Position numbers and translations under genes: made by a program. From Nymphaea colorata (taxonomy: Eukaryota), in assembly GCF_008831285.2 (NCBI RefSeq), contig NC_045138.2, positions 34,534,001 through 34,598,000 on the forward strand: a stretch of 64,000 bases of DNA. The letters are read 5' to 3'. Shown piece after piece: positions 39,737 through 53,489 of this stretch. The notes under the pieces are model-generated. The model did no database searches and was not told the DNA's origin. It saw nothing but the letters and a program-made list of their open reading frames with translations. The first letter of the stretch is position 1. The number at the start of each line of letters is the position of its first letter.

Positions 39737-42700
39737 TTTTGGTCGTGCCTCATTAAGATAAGGAAAAACAATCTTCTTATGAAATCTTATCTAGTGCTAA
39801 TCCTTGATCTTAGGCAAGATTTGAGGTTTTATGTATATCGCTAATGTCAAAGAGGCTATATATTGAGTAGTCGACCATCAATAAAATCATTCTCTTCTAC
39901 GTCAAGAAGGCTGGCCTGATGCAACTGGAGCTCGTTCATCTTTCTTCTTAGGCATCTGCTTTCTATCTTTGATGTAAAACTCACGGATATCCACTGCCCG
40001 TCTTCCTCCTTGTTGCCACCGCTTCAACCACGGCTGGAAACATCAGCGATCGATGGCGATGATCTTGTCATCAGGCAGGTGATTGACGACCATGTCCTAA
40101 ACAAGACACCAGCTTCTCGACTCCACGCCTGTCCACTGCAGCAAAATCGAACGACGTTGTTAACTTAAAACCAACCACTGCAGCTGTCAAGCACAAACCA
40201 AAAACAGAGATTGTTCATGGAAAGATAGTGTGTCCGCCAGCGCATATCGGCGATTGCATCCCCAATTCAACACAAAGATTGAGTTTTTCCACACTATCTG
40301 GTGACGCAATCCAACATTCCACTTTAATGTTATCTGAATGATAAATTGCATAACTAACAGTATCTGTAATATTGTTGTGCGCATCGAGAACTAAATCTGA
40401 AAGCGTCGGGCAAACATCTTCACTGTGCTGAGACTTCAAATCTGTGCCTGAGATTTGAAGAAGAACTGAGAGGGGACTGCAACATTGCTTCAGTAGCATA
40501 CTGTAGATCACACACATCAGAATTGGAAGAACAACCTGCTGCGGCTGAAGTAGGAGACCGTTACCGCCTAAGAGTCCTCTTTCAGCGACTTGTCCTCTTC
40601 CTGTTCATCGCAACCGTCTGCCCTTGTACCTCTCTTTGAGAGACGGAATTTGTAAGGAACCTTCACCTTCGCTGGTGATCTCTAAGCCTTCGACTTAGAA
40701 AAAAGATGGCAGAAAGGCGAGAGGTCATTTTAAAAGAACCCAATGAATACAACATTAGCACAGGAAGCCCGTATTATGCCCATCATTCTGATGGACAACT
40801 ATATGATGTGGAGAAAGGCCATCACGATGGCCCTTTCAGCAAAAAAGAAGCTTGGGTTCGTCGACGGATCCATTGCTAAGCCTGATAGCCTCATCTCTCT
40901 CAAAATTACATGGGAAAGATGCAACAACCTGGTTCAGTCTTGGATTTTAAACTTCATCTACAAAGATCTCTTGGCTAGTGTAATTCATGCCAAAACTGCT
41001 GCCCAAATTTGGAGTGATCTTGAGGCTCGATTATCTCAAGCCAATGGCCCACGCATTTACCAAATACAATTTCAGATAATGAATTGCAAACAAAATAAGT
41101 CATCTATTGCTGCTCATTACACAATAAATGAAGGGATTATGGGATGAATTAGCTATGTATGCTAACATCCCTGATTGTTCATGTGGTTTCATGAAGGCTA
41201 TTGAGTATCTTCGCCAACAAGACCAACTTATGCAGTTCTTAATGGGCCTTAATGACAGTTATGCTGCCATTAGAAGCCAACTCTTGTTGATGGACCCACT
41301 TCTTACTATAACCAAAGCTTATTCTCTTCTTATTTATGAGGAGAAACAAAGGGACGTTAATACGGTACATGCTTAAGAAAATGTCTCTATCCTTGCAATG
41401 CAGCCTCCACCACAAATGCATGAAAGAAACAAAAACAATCAGACCAAGCAGAGAGGAAGACCACATATGAAGTGCGAGCATTGTGGCAAAATTGGACATA
41501 TCAAAGCTAAGTGTTATTTTCTTGTTGGTTTTACAGGTTTGGTTTTTTTAATGCATTGACAAAGCCAAAGGCTAACGCTGCCCTAGGAACTGCATTTACT
41601 GATCAACCCAATGAGCAACTATTCAGAAAATTCCTTGACTTCATGAAACACTCTAATCAAGGTACCAATGAACCCAGAGTCAACGTCTCAGGTAAATACT
41701 CTTCATCCTTTTCATGTCTTATTCCTAAACAATCATAGATCCTTGACACTGGAGCAACCCATCATATCACTAACCTTATCTCCAACATTAGTGATATCAT
41801 CTCCACCAGCCACCCTCCAATCAGTCTGCCAAATGGGTCTAAAGCCAACGTCACCCATATAGGTGACATAGATTTGCAAACCAACATAACACTAAAAAAT
41901 GTCTTTTATGTTCCTACCTTTGCATTCCCTTTGCATTCAACTTGATATCTATTCTTAAACTCTGTAGTGATTCAAGATGTGAAACAAAATTTAACGAGAA
42001 CTCTTGTGTGGTGCAGGACCGTCACTCGACGACTATGATTGGAATGGGTAGATTGCAGAATGGATTGTATGTCTTAGATGAAACAAATCTCAGCGTAAAC
42101 CTAGCTGCCACCAAATCAGCTCCATGTATCTTTGTCTCGAGCATGCTTCTGATTTCAAACTTTCTATTTTATCTTGTTTGAACCTCATTGACATTTTTAA
42201 ATATGTCGATGCATGTGATATTTGCCTTGTTGCTAAGAACATAGACTTCTTTTTCCAAACAGTACTATTTCAACATATGCTCCCTTTTACTTAATTCAGT
42301 GTGATGTGTGGGGAAGTTATCATACGCCTTCATTGACTGGTGCACAATATTTTCTAACCATAGTTGATGATTTTTTTAAATCTACATGGATTTATCTTAT
42401 GAGATATAAATCTGAAGTTTTTGGAGTCATTAAAAATTTTGTCGCATTTATTGAAAATCAATTTCAAACAAGAATTAAAATTTTTAGAAGTGATAATAGG
42501 ATTGAATTCTTTTCATAAGAAATGAATAACTTTCTCCATGAAAAAAGAAATGATCTTCAACATAGTTATGTTGTGACACCACAACAAAATGGTGTGGTCG
42601 AACGCAAACATAGAGACCTCCTAAACATGGTACAAGCATTGATTTTTCAAGCTAAATTACCCATAAAATTTTGGGGAGAATGTGTCACTACTGCTCCTTA

Positions 42701-44825
42701 CATTATCAATAGATTACCATCAAGTGCTTTAAGGGGAAGTTTTATACAAACACATACCAAACTACAAACATATGAGTGCTTTTGGATGTTTATATAATGC
42801 CTACAATATTCATAAAAATCACAAGTCTAACTTAAGGGGAAGGCGATGCATATTTCTTAGATATCCATATGGTCAACCAGCTTACAAGGTTTATGATCTT
42901 GAAAGTGGGTCGTTGTTCACCAGTAGAGACGTCAGATTTTGTGAAAATCATTTTCCATATAAAAATGAAATGCACACTAGGGACAATGAACAAGTGGTTC
43001 TTCCTTTACCATTCAATGACTATGTATAAGGTGAGCATGAGTTTCTTTCAAACCCAAGCAAACCTCTTAACAATACCCCATTCAATCTACATGATGAGAC
43101 CAATCCTAATCCCATTCCTCAATCAATGGAGCCTACTCATGGTGATTCAGTCTAGCTTCGCAGAACTATGCGATTTAAACATATACCAACTCATCTTAAG
43201 GACTACAAATGCTTCTCAGTCTTGCTCAGTTTCAACCATTTGTTGAAGAGTGAGGGGACAAACCCCACAAAAGGTACTCGTTACCCGATTGCACAATGTC
43301 TTGTTATCACTAACTTCAATTCCAACTACAAGTGTTTCATGTCTACCCTCCTTGATCAATGTGAACCTTCATCTTTTGCCCAAGCCATGCAGGACCCTAG
43401 ATGGCGTGATGCCATGAAGGCTGAAATTGATGCATTAAAAGCCAATCATACCTGGACTGTCACGAATCTTCCTCCTCGCAAAGTTCCCATAGGCTGCAAA
43501 TGGGTATTCAAAATCAAATACTAATATGATGGCTCTGTCGAACGATACAAGGCCCGCTTATTGCAAAGGGGTATACACAAACAGAAGGAGTTGATTACAA
43601 TGAGACTTTTGCTCCCGTCGCCAAGGTCTCTACTATTGGATGTCTTTTGACTCTTGCCGCTATTCAAAAGTGGCACCTTTTTCAAGTTGATGTTAATAAT
43701 GTCTTCTTACATGGTGATCTAGAGGAAGAAATTTATATGCAGTTACCTCTTGGTTTAGTCGACAATAAGAGGAAGGAATGACATGTCGTCTAGATAAGTC
43801 TATAGATGATATCTTTTTATCTCAAAAGAAATATCTTCTCAACATACTCCATGAAAGATGGCACATGAGAGCAAAACCATGTGAGACACCTATGGAACAA
43901 CACATAAAAGCTTGACAACGAAAAGAGGGACATCCTCAAAGATCCAAATCATTATAGAAAAGTGATTGAAAAATTAATATATCTAACCATAACAATGTTA
44001 GACATTGTTCACACAGTTCACATTTTGAGCCAATTTATGAGTCAACCACGAGTGCCGCATAAAGAAGCCATGAACCGTTTGTTGAAATATCTAAAGGGAA
44101 CTGCTGGATATGGAGTTATGATGTCATCAAAGGGGCCGATTCAGCTTAAATCATATTGTGATTCATATTGGGCTTCATGTCCAATGACACGAAAATCTAC
44201 AAGCGGACTGCACCATGATTGGGAATAGTCATATCACCTGAAAAACCAAGAAACAAACAACAGTCTCTAGATCATCTGCAAAAGCAGAATACAGGTATAT
44301 GGCTCTTGCCACATTTGAGCTTATTTAGTTAAAGGAATTACTCAAAGATCTCGAGATCGTCCACAAAGAGCCTATGACATTATTCTGTGACAACAAAGCT
44401 GCAATGCATATTGCAGCCAATCCGGTGTTCCATGAAAGAACAAAACACATCAAAATTGATTGCCATGTGGTGAGAGATAAGATTCAGAATGGAGACATCC
44501 AAACTCAATTCGTTCTCACAACTAAACAAGTTGTGGACATGTTTACTAAGCCCTTGGGACGAGAAGCATTCCACAATTTAAGAAGCAAGTTGGCGCTTGG
44601 CAATTTAGGAGCGTCAACTTGAAGGGGAGTGTTGAAAAGTCGTGCCTTATCAAGATAAGGAAAAACAATCTTCTTATGAAATCTTATTTAGAGATTTGAG
44701 GTTTCTATGTATATGGCTAATGTTAAAGAGGCTATATATTGGGCAGTCAACCATCAATAAAATCATTATCTTCTCTCCTCCCGTTTTCCTTTCTCTCTTA
44801 TTCTCTTCTTTCACAAACTTTAATA
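39737..44825 (+). mobile_element. Decayed two-LTR Ty1/Copia retrotransposon with short LTRs
   Basis: Gag (NYMMWRKAITMALSAKKKLGFVDG; CEHCGKIGHIKAKC), protease (ILDTGATHH), integrase (DVWG..YFLTIVDDF, TPQQNGVVERKHR), RT (PIGCKWVFKIK; internally deleted) and RNase H ([23 protein letters not shown]) in Copia order. PPT GAAGGGGAG at 44621. LTRs 39737-39898 (partial) and 44630-44825. Imperfect 5-bp TSD AGACC/CGACC. Many stops and frameshifts. Confidence 0.93.
44630..44825 (+). repeat. 3' LTR of the Copia element (196 bp)
   Basis: Starts TGTTG right after the PPT and matches 39742-39898 (AAGATAAGGAAAAACAATCTTCTTATGAAATCTTAT...CCATCAATAAAATCATT). Confidence 0.88.
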
Positions 44826-46158
44826 CGACCCAAATGTAGGAAATCATATGAAACTGTAGGCGTGAGAACTGAGAGGGCACTTGGATAATGGACAAGGTAA
44901 GGGAGTATTCGATCGGACGCCCCATAGTTCTCGAGATAAAGGGAATTTAATTTGGATATTCTCAAAGTTTGATGTGGGGCGTGGATTTTACTTCAGGAGC
45001 AGCCATTGCGAGTCCAGATCCACCTAAAAGCCATGCGATGATCAAGATTAAAACCAAAAAAGAAGGAAGAACAACAGCCCACACATTCAAGCTCTACTTG
45101 GTAAGTTGCAGGGAGCCGGTGACCCTCCGATTACATTGCATATGCAAGAATCGGTGGCTCCACTTTACTTTGACGGCGCGCGTGTTTCAGTGACGGCAAG
45201 CCGGATTACCTTTAAATATAGGTGGTGCTGAATAAAGGGACTGCTGCTAGCTGTGTATGAGCCGAGACCTTTTTCTTTTCCAGGAAGATCGACATCGCTG
45301 TTCTTTTTAAAGCCACCCGTCGCTCAATGGCATCCATATCTTTTTCTTTCCCGGAAAACGCACATCCATATCTAACATGTATAAGTGGTGCTTAAAGGTG
45401 AATGTTGAGTTTGTTCATAGCCCAACTAACATTCACAACTACCTTCATCGACTTGGTAAAGAGTACCCAACAATCCTAGATAGGTGATCAACGTAAGAGT
45501 TGTAAAGAACTGATCGTAGGACATTAATAGTCTATCTGTACTTGCTATGTCTGCTTTTTCATCTTTATCTTGGATCTCAAGAAAGAAATCCATCGATCTC
45601 CTTCCTTTCAAAAAGGCAAGCGTCCTATCTGTTATACTATTCTTTTGCATACTAAATGAAGGACAGGAAGAATAGTATCTCATCTTTACAGTTATAACTA
45701 CCAGGTAGCTAGCTAGAGGGTTGCATCTTAATACGTTCTTCTCGTTCCATGTTTAGTGACTAGAACAACCGGAAATCCGTCAGCAAAACCAGGAAGGAAG
45801 GCATGCATATTCTTGAGGGTGGGAAGCAAGATATGATGGGGCAGGATGTCAGGCAAAAGCAGATGCTAAAGCCAAGTGTGACGCCAATAAAGTGGTCGTC
45901 GCATACTGGAAGTTGGGGCTAAGGCATCCTCATTTTTGCGCAAAAGGAAAAGCAATCATTAAGACAGCAACGTCGTCACAACTAAGCCGATCCACTGCAG
46001 AGTCTATAAGAAGGCTGCCAACTAAAGCCATAAAACTCAGCTCCCAACCATCAACACCTAAGCTTCCCGCTTTCCTCTTGCGCTCTCAGCTCCTTTTGAG
46101 ACTAATTTGCTCCGTCCTACATATATTCTCCTTTTACACCTATCAGAAAAGAAAAACA

Positions 46159-47610
46159 ATGGCAGGGATAGCAAAGAGAGTAAACCATACGCTGCTTCTT
46201 CTAGGTGTATTGGTTTTCCTGGGTGAAGCTTCCGCCAGAGAGTTCCAGGTTGGAGGCTCCCAAGGATGGACTGTGCCCAAAGACACTACCACCAACCCCT
46301 ACAACCAGTGGGCGGAGAAGAACAGGTTTCAGATTGGAGATTCTTTGTGTAAGTAGAGACTATTGCTTTTTACTTCCCATTTACTGTGTCAAAATTAATT
46401 ATGAGCTAACCACTAGTTTTAGAATTATATGTTATCAACCACTAGTTTTAGAATTATATGTTATCTTCATCGTCATTGCTATGTGGTGTGGAAGCTTAAT
46501 GCGTTGGTTGGCTGGCTCAAGGAGGGACCAAGAGCTCGACATGACACCGAGACACCGGCATCAGCTAGCCATTATATAAGCCTCCTGTCCCTAGCTGGTC
46601 AAAATTTTGCCCATGACACCCTCCGTTCCCGTCTATATATATATATATTTATTGACTGCCACATTTTTGTCTGTCAAATCCAAAATTGACAGGCTTTTTA
46701 CGGTGCCTCAAAAAGGGTAAAGAACAATGGGAATTAAATGTCAGATTTTCACTGCGGAAATTCCAAAAGCTTACACAAGTATACTTTTGCTGTTGAACAT
46801 AACCGTCAAAACTTTTCAGCTTGCTGGGAGTATATTTCCCACTGCTGAACATGCCATCAGACGCCCTTTCAGAAAGTAAGATGACTGTCTAACTGTGAAA
46901 TATGTAGTTCCAAAATTAGGAGACATGATAGGTTTTCTAGTCCTTGTATATATATGAGGGGGAAAAAAATTTCTCACTATACCGGATTACGATCACATCG
47001 TTAAGCAAATGAAGCATATTACCACATATACCAATTGATGCCTGATCCAATTAATCGACGACAAGGACAGGGGAATGCCATGATTATTAATATGACTTAT
47101 TTGCAAAATATAGCTGGACTGCACGGTTGGAAGCACCTCATTTTCATCTAAATATGTGCAGTCTTGGGGCTGGTTATAACAAGCAAAATGCAATCTTAAG
47201 AAAGAAATTAACTCATACGTTCCTTCGCAACTGCAGTGTTCGTCTACCAATCAAGCAGCGATTCGGTGCTTCAGGTAAGCCGGGATGACTACAGCAACTG
47301 CAACACGGCAACGCCAATTGCCGCCTTCAACGACGGTCGCACCACCTTCACGTTCAACCGATCGGGATCTTTCTATTTCATTAGTGGAGTTGAAGACAAC
47401 TGCAAGAAGAATGAAAAGCTCGTGGTGGTTGTGTTGTCTGATAGAACCAAACAAACCCCTACTACTTCCCCAGCGACCAATCCTCCAACCACATCTCCAT
47501 CTCCATCTGGGAAATCTCCTTCCTACAACGGCGTCTCATCTTCTAAAATGGGAAAAGCGGCTGCCATTTTTGGAGCACTTGTCGGTCCACTCATTCTTAT
47601 GGCTCTATGA
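46159..47610 (+). CDS. Early nodulin-like (ENODL) phytocyanin, likely GPI-anchored, 187 aa; exons 46159-46348, 47237-47610
   Basis: Signal peptide, EFQVGGSQGW, YNQWAEKNRFQIGDSL-LFVY, DSVLQV, the Cys pair and FYFISG. His copper ligands are absent, as in ENODLs. P/T/S-rich linker and hydrophobic C-terminus. Confidence 0.93.
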
Positions 47611-47909
47611 GTTCTTTTTCTTTTTCATGCTTCGTTTGCTGGCATGTGGTTAAGTCCTGAATTTGTGTCACCCTTTGCTCTTCCAATGCAGTTTGCCTAA
47701 TGAGTGTCCGTAAATTTTCACGTCTGATTTGGTCGGTGTCAGATTGTTCTGTCTGTTGTTCTGATTTTATCAATATTATTTAATGAAATATGGATTGCAA
47801 TATATTTAATGTACTGAGACCTACCCTTGAGCTTAAGGGATTATATGTGATGCAGCTAGCGGCCATCGCTAGTGAAGAAATATTCACATTACTTAATTTT
47901 CTTTCCATT

Positions 47910-48092
47910 GGGACGGTGGCGGACCTAAGAATTTTAAGTTGGGAGGGGGCCAATATATGTTTTGATAGGGCCGAACTGTATATGAGACGTAACTATTTTG
48001 ATAATTTCAATTTTTTTTCAAAAATTCTTTGAAAATATGATAAACATTGGATTTTTCAATAGTCATGTGGATATACATGTACTCCGCCGTCC
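47910..48092. mobile_element. Possible small decayed hAT-type MITE
   Basis: GGACGGTGGCGGACCTAAGAATTTT...GGGAGGGGGCC...TCCGCCGTCC gives imperfect inverted ends. No TSD seen. Confidence 0.35.
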
Positions 48093-48215
48093 ACATATGT
48101 ATGAGCTGTTCATAATTCCAACTTGAGGTAGTGATCTGTTTATAATCATAACCCTTATGCAATCAATATGTAAACTCATCTATTCTGACTTCTTTTTGTT
48201 TTCGAAAAGAACGAC

Positions 48216-48218
<3 letters not shown>

Positions 48219-48256
<38 letters not shown>
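48219..48256. repeat. (TA)19 microsatellite
   Basis: Perfect dinucleotide run. Confidence 0.95.
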
Positions 48257-48258
<2 letters not shown>

Positions 48259-49712
48259 ACCCTCGTATGCCAGATTTAATGGTTATGTTCGTTTAAACTG
48301 GCCTCCACGATCGTATAAGTTTTAAGTGAAAGCCCTTTCAACGTATAAGATTGTCAAGTACCATGAGAAAAGCCGTAAAAAGTTTGAACTTATGGCTAGC
48401 CACCAGCTAGCTGGCTAGCGAAGGCCCTTCCCGGTTGAGTGTATGCTTTTGGGTGTGCGTGCGGGTGTTTGCGGGTCGCATTATCACTGCCATTGCGACA
48501 GTTGGAGGTATATCTTGTCACCGTGTTTGGGGGGATTAGGCAGATGGCTCACAACTTTCATGGCGGCCCATCATGAAAATTCAACCATGATATGGAACAA
48601 CGACAATGTCTTGCATGACCGAGATAAACTGATGGTCGATGAATCAAAGATCCGAATGGAGCATTAACTTGACATAGTATATATATGTTATGTCCAGGAG
48701 TGGTGGATTAGCTGGAGCCGCCAGGCCCGGTTATTAATGAAGCAGAACTATGGTTTGGACATAGAAGGTTATAATATATATCCACAACTACTCTCTCTGT
48801 TACATGATGAATCACCAACCCGTCATTTTGTCTTGTGAAGAATATAATAAGACGATAAAAATGCTTCAATTCCTTGCTTCTGCAGCAATTACCTGAATGG
48901 GAGAATGATTGAAGTTATCCATGTGTGGCAGCGTAATTTTCGCCCCGCTTTTAATATAGTTGCGATTCGTCGTTGGGGTTGGTGGAGGCCGGTTAATTTT
49001 GATTATTAGAATGAGATAGAATCCAGGAGCTTGCGGTTCGTGGGCAACAAGAATGGGGATAATTAACATCACTGATTTGCCAAACTTAACTTTGCTCTCC
49101 CCCTTTTCTTGCAATTATGGCACAGATTGCCTTTTGCATGACGACACATCGTCTGCCTGCCCATTCTAAGAAATCTTGAACGCTCGCGGGAAGCCAAACA
49201 ACTAGAATAGAGTTTATCAATCTGTATTAATCGCAAATTGATACATTTATAGTTTGGGACTAATTAACTTGCTAAGTTAATATATATGAGAAGACGTCTT
49301 CATTTTATAAGGAAACATTTTCTATTTTCATAATATTAGATGGGCGAAACTCTTATGCATTACAGCAGTGAGGACCATGGCGTGGTGTCTGAATCGAATC
49401 CTGCCCTCAAGTAATACTAAAACGAAGTTCTGCTTAAGACCAAAGAATTGAAAACCATCAACTTTGATGCAGTATTGATTTATAGGACAAGATCGACCAT
49501 GGTACCAAAAAACGGCGCAGGGGGAGAGAGGGTGAGATGGTGTGTGCATCTAAACATGGCTTTTGCAGAGTATCACTTAAAACGGAATCCTGCTTAAATA
49601 AAAAATCGAAAACCAATAATGGAACTCGATTTATTGAACGAGATTATGATAAAAATTGAAACCCGGGGAGAGGGAGAGAGAAAGAGATGCACAGAATTTA
49701 GAAAAACTCCAA

Positions 49713-50049
49713 TTATCTAATATAGTTCATTACCATCGACACGGGCAGGAGGCATAATCCCCTTTCATTCAGCTGCTTACATTTATTTTCATCAGCACAA
49801 CGCGACGCGTTGTTTCTCGCTTGCGACCTTAATTCCGCGCATTCATTTTCACCATCCCATGCCTGCGCCGCGGGCAATGGGAAGCAATTGCATGAGTAAT
49901 TATTTTCCTGTTCCGCGGACTGCATGAATCAGGAAAAGATGTAATTAGAATGACAGCAATGAAGCAGCTAGCGTATTTGTTTGCTCTCTCATTTTGTTCA
50001 TATTCCTTTTGTTTTCTGTCCTTTAATTTCCATCTGATTCCCCAGGTGC

Positions 50050-50086
<37 letters not shown>

Positions 50087-50585
50087 CATTAGCCATTACA
50101 TGGTTTTCTTCTTCATTCGCATGAATCCGTGTCTTCTTTTTTCCACTAACCTATTGACAAACCATGGAAACGAACCTGTAAAAGTTTGGCTATAGAAGGA
50201 TGAATGGAAGAAAAAGAAAGCCAACATTGAGAAGAAGAAGAAGAAGAAGAAGATACTATTTCAATTGGAAAAGAAAAAGGGGAAATTAGGAAATCCTCAC
50301 TTTTGGGCTGCTGGAGCTAGCGGTGTCCTCCAAAGGGTCTTCATCCAAAATCTCCCCCGTCTTGCTCCTCTTGAAATTCAGACGCCTGCATGCCTTTGGT
50401 GTCAATGGTTGCCAGGCGGCAGCAGACGCAGCATCCGACACGGTCGAATAGCGCCCCGTCTGAGATGAGCTACTACCCTTTAGCCCTCTCTGTTGTCTCA
50501 AGAAATAGTCGATGTACATGGTCCATCCTGATTCTTGAGACCCTCCTTCTGAAATGTCAATTGTGTGATCGGCTGATGCTTCCAT
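49713..50585 (-). CDS. Vascular-related unknown protein (VUP1)/SOFL-like, ~161 aa; exons 50585-50301, 50150-50100, 49862-49713
   Basis: Family motifs ESGWTMYI, VSDAAS, EDPLEDTASS and LNERGLCLLPVSMVMNY. Introns are GT-AG, phase 0. The middle exon is the least certain. Confidence 0.85.
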
Positions 50586-50649
50586 AGAAATTAATGGAAA
50601 AGCTAAACTCTGACAATCCCTAATTACAAGAATGGGGATGTCAACGGCA

Positions 50650-50652
<3 letters not shown>

Positions 50653-50720
<68 letters not shown>
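50653..50720. repeat. (AT)34 microsatellite just upstream of the VUP1-like ATG
   Basis: Perfect 68-nt run. Confidence 0.95.
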
Positions 50721-50722
<2 letters not shown>

Positions 50723-53489
50723 TCGATGCTCGATGCTCGAGGAAGGAAGGGCTAATGAGGCGAAATCTGAGACTGGGAGGGAGTGAAAGGCAGCAGCCGT
50801 ATCATATCAGATGTAGAGGTCGAACTTGGGGAAGCGTACAAGGCAAAATAGAAAAGCACAAGGCAATGGAGCTACAAACCGCAGTCTCCTTTTCTTCTTT
50901 TTGCAGCAGATGGATTTTGGTTGGGCAAACTTCCAAGGGATCGTATTTATGGGGAACGGTACCGGCTTCCGTCGAGGCCGAAGGTCCCATGTTTCTGGTA
51001 TTGACTTGCTGATTTATAAATCAAATGCCATGACTGAGTCACTGCTGCTTCCATGGGTTCCGCTAATTGGCGTGGACTTTCATGACGATGACCCCACAAT
51101 TGAAATGAGCCATCTTCCCTGGTTTGCATCATATTAGCTAGCCTTGCCGTGAGCCGCAAGCCTTAAAACTACGGCCTGGCAACTCGTGTGCAATTTCTCA
51201 AGCGTATCCTATCTATAGATCATCCAAATGTCAAATAACATGTTCAATATCTCCGTGACGGACCAACGGCTTCCCGGTATTAATTTGATTTCATTTCTAC
51301 GCGCAAATTAGCTAAGGAAGAAGTTCCACACTTCACTAGGTAGGTTATTGATTTACGTGCCTTCAACTCAAAAGGTGTCATGACCCCAGCGTACACTTCA
51401 GTAATTCGTTATAGTATAATATATATTGAACACTATGTATGTACATACCTCCATCTTAAACGTATATGCTTGGAAGCAATTGCAACAGTCGATCTGAGAT
51501 GAAGAAGATCGGTAAGAGAGGATATATATATATATTAAGGGATGGCAATCGAAAATGATTAGTGAATAGATTCAAGATTCTCGTCTCAAATGCTTGCTGC
51601 TCTCTATCTATTAAATTCATACTTCCATCAATCAGTAGCAATGATCAAAACACTTTCATTACATATTAATTCTCATGAACTAAATTTTTTCAAATTCCTC
51701 ATCATTCTTAATTGGCATAATTGACATCTCCGAAAAGATGTAGGATCTTCAACATGTAGAAGAGATATAATTAGTACGCCTGTAACATCAACTGGGGAAC
51801 AAGGAACATGATCGGTTGACTTGCATTGGTTGATACCTCCATATCGTTATCGGTTATTTGAGAAGAAAGACTTGTCCATGATTATTGCAAATCCAAGCAG
51901 ATTCGAAGATGCCATGCACGGAGTCTTATTTGTTTTCAATGCAGATCTTGGCTTGTTGTCAGCATTTATGAAAATGAAAGCAGTTAAGATGTGAGGAACG
52001 AATTCATATGTATTCTCACCGGACTAGGTTATTATGTATTGGGTACGCCAGGGAGAACAAACACCGACTGGAAGATCAATAACTTAATTTAATATTATTT
52101 CTATATGTTCAAGTAATTGAGTCCGTTAATGATCAGTTGATATTGCTTTTAAGTAACGGAACAACTGAAGCAGGGAAAAATAAATAAATTGGCACGGTTT
52201 CTGATCCATTCCCACATCACATGCTCTTCTGCAAGCAAGCCTCTTTCTTTCATGGAAACATCATGTATATGTGGGAGTAGAGAGACGACTCCGGAAAGGT
52301 GAGGAGGAGCACACTTGGATTAGGGGCATTGACTTACCGACATGTGAAAGACATAGATAGAAGGCGACCCCAACGTCTTGGCCGCTACCAAATTGCTGGT
52401 GGTGGTCACCGGATTCAATGAGGACATGTAATCAGCAGGCGTATTAAATTAATTAATCAGTGATGATGGGAAATTAAATTGGAGAGTAGCAGCGTATTTG
52501 TCAGGGACCAAAGTTGGGCGAGCGATCGATAAAGAGGCAGCAGGAGAGGACCGCCAATTTGAAAACCCAAAAGAAAGAAAGTAGGCATGATTTTGACTTT
52601 TTCTGTTGAAAACAGCAACAACAAGAATGCCACAAATCCAACGGCCGAGGAGATTGTCTCTTATTTCTTCCTCTAACTGGTGCCGGATTCTTTTCACTCC
52701 TAACTACTTCAAAATTAAGCTCGCGCCTCTCCTCATTTGGATGGAACATGGATGATATTTAACCAATTAATGGATAGGGAGGCAGGCAAGCGTCATACCG
52801 TGACAGACATGACTTTTTAATATTGTACATTCTTTTTAGTTATATATGCTTCATGATTCGAGATTATTGGGAGAGGGACTCTAGTCCTACCTACATGCTT
52901 TGTTTTTTAGTACTTGATTATTTTATGTTGGGGCCAGTGCATCATGTTCATGGGCATAGATGCTCAGACATGGTGCGTTTGAGCTCCCAAACAACTTCCT
53001 GTGTGGGGTCTCAGAGTTTAATATCTATGCGAAAACGTAACGGGGAGAAAGAAGATGAAGGTGGAGGTCGGGGACTATCCATTAGACAAATTTAAAATGT
53101 TATCGCCAGGGTCACCTTTCGGCGGGCTGATTGCTTGTTCCGACGTCGGTTGCCCAACCTCCACCCCTCTCTTCATGTGCCCCTCTTATCTATCCTCAAT
53201 GTTCCTGTTACACCCCTTCTCTCTCTCTCTCTCTCTCTCCCACCTACCCATCAGGTCCTTTCTTTTTTATTCTTTAGGAGGTTTCGGCCCCCTCCCCCTG
53301 CCGGTGCTCCATTTATTCAGTTATAAAATCATAACTATAAACAAATCGGAATCCAGTTAGTAACCAGATCCAAAATTTCTTCGTCAGCTGATACTGCTTA
53401 ACACAGTTTGTTGGTAAACAGAAATATCCGATGCATTTACACTAACTCATGTTTGTGTGTGTTTAAACAAATTTTATTAGCATTTTGAC

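Noticed and set aside
45892..46158. In-frame N-terminal extension of ENODL in the ORF track
   Set aside because: Starts at GTG and spans the likely TATA (~46004). The ATG at 46159 gives a normal signal peptide.
50931..50952. TCCAAGGGATCGTATTTAT resembles miR393
   Set aside because: One indel plus several mismatches, and no star-arm complement nearby.
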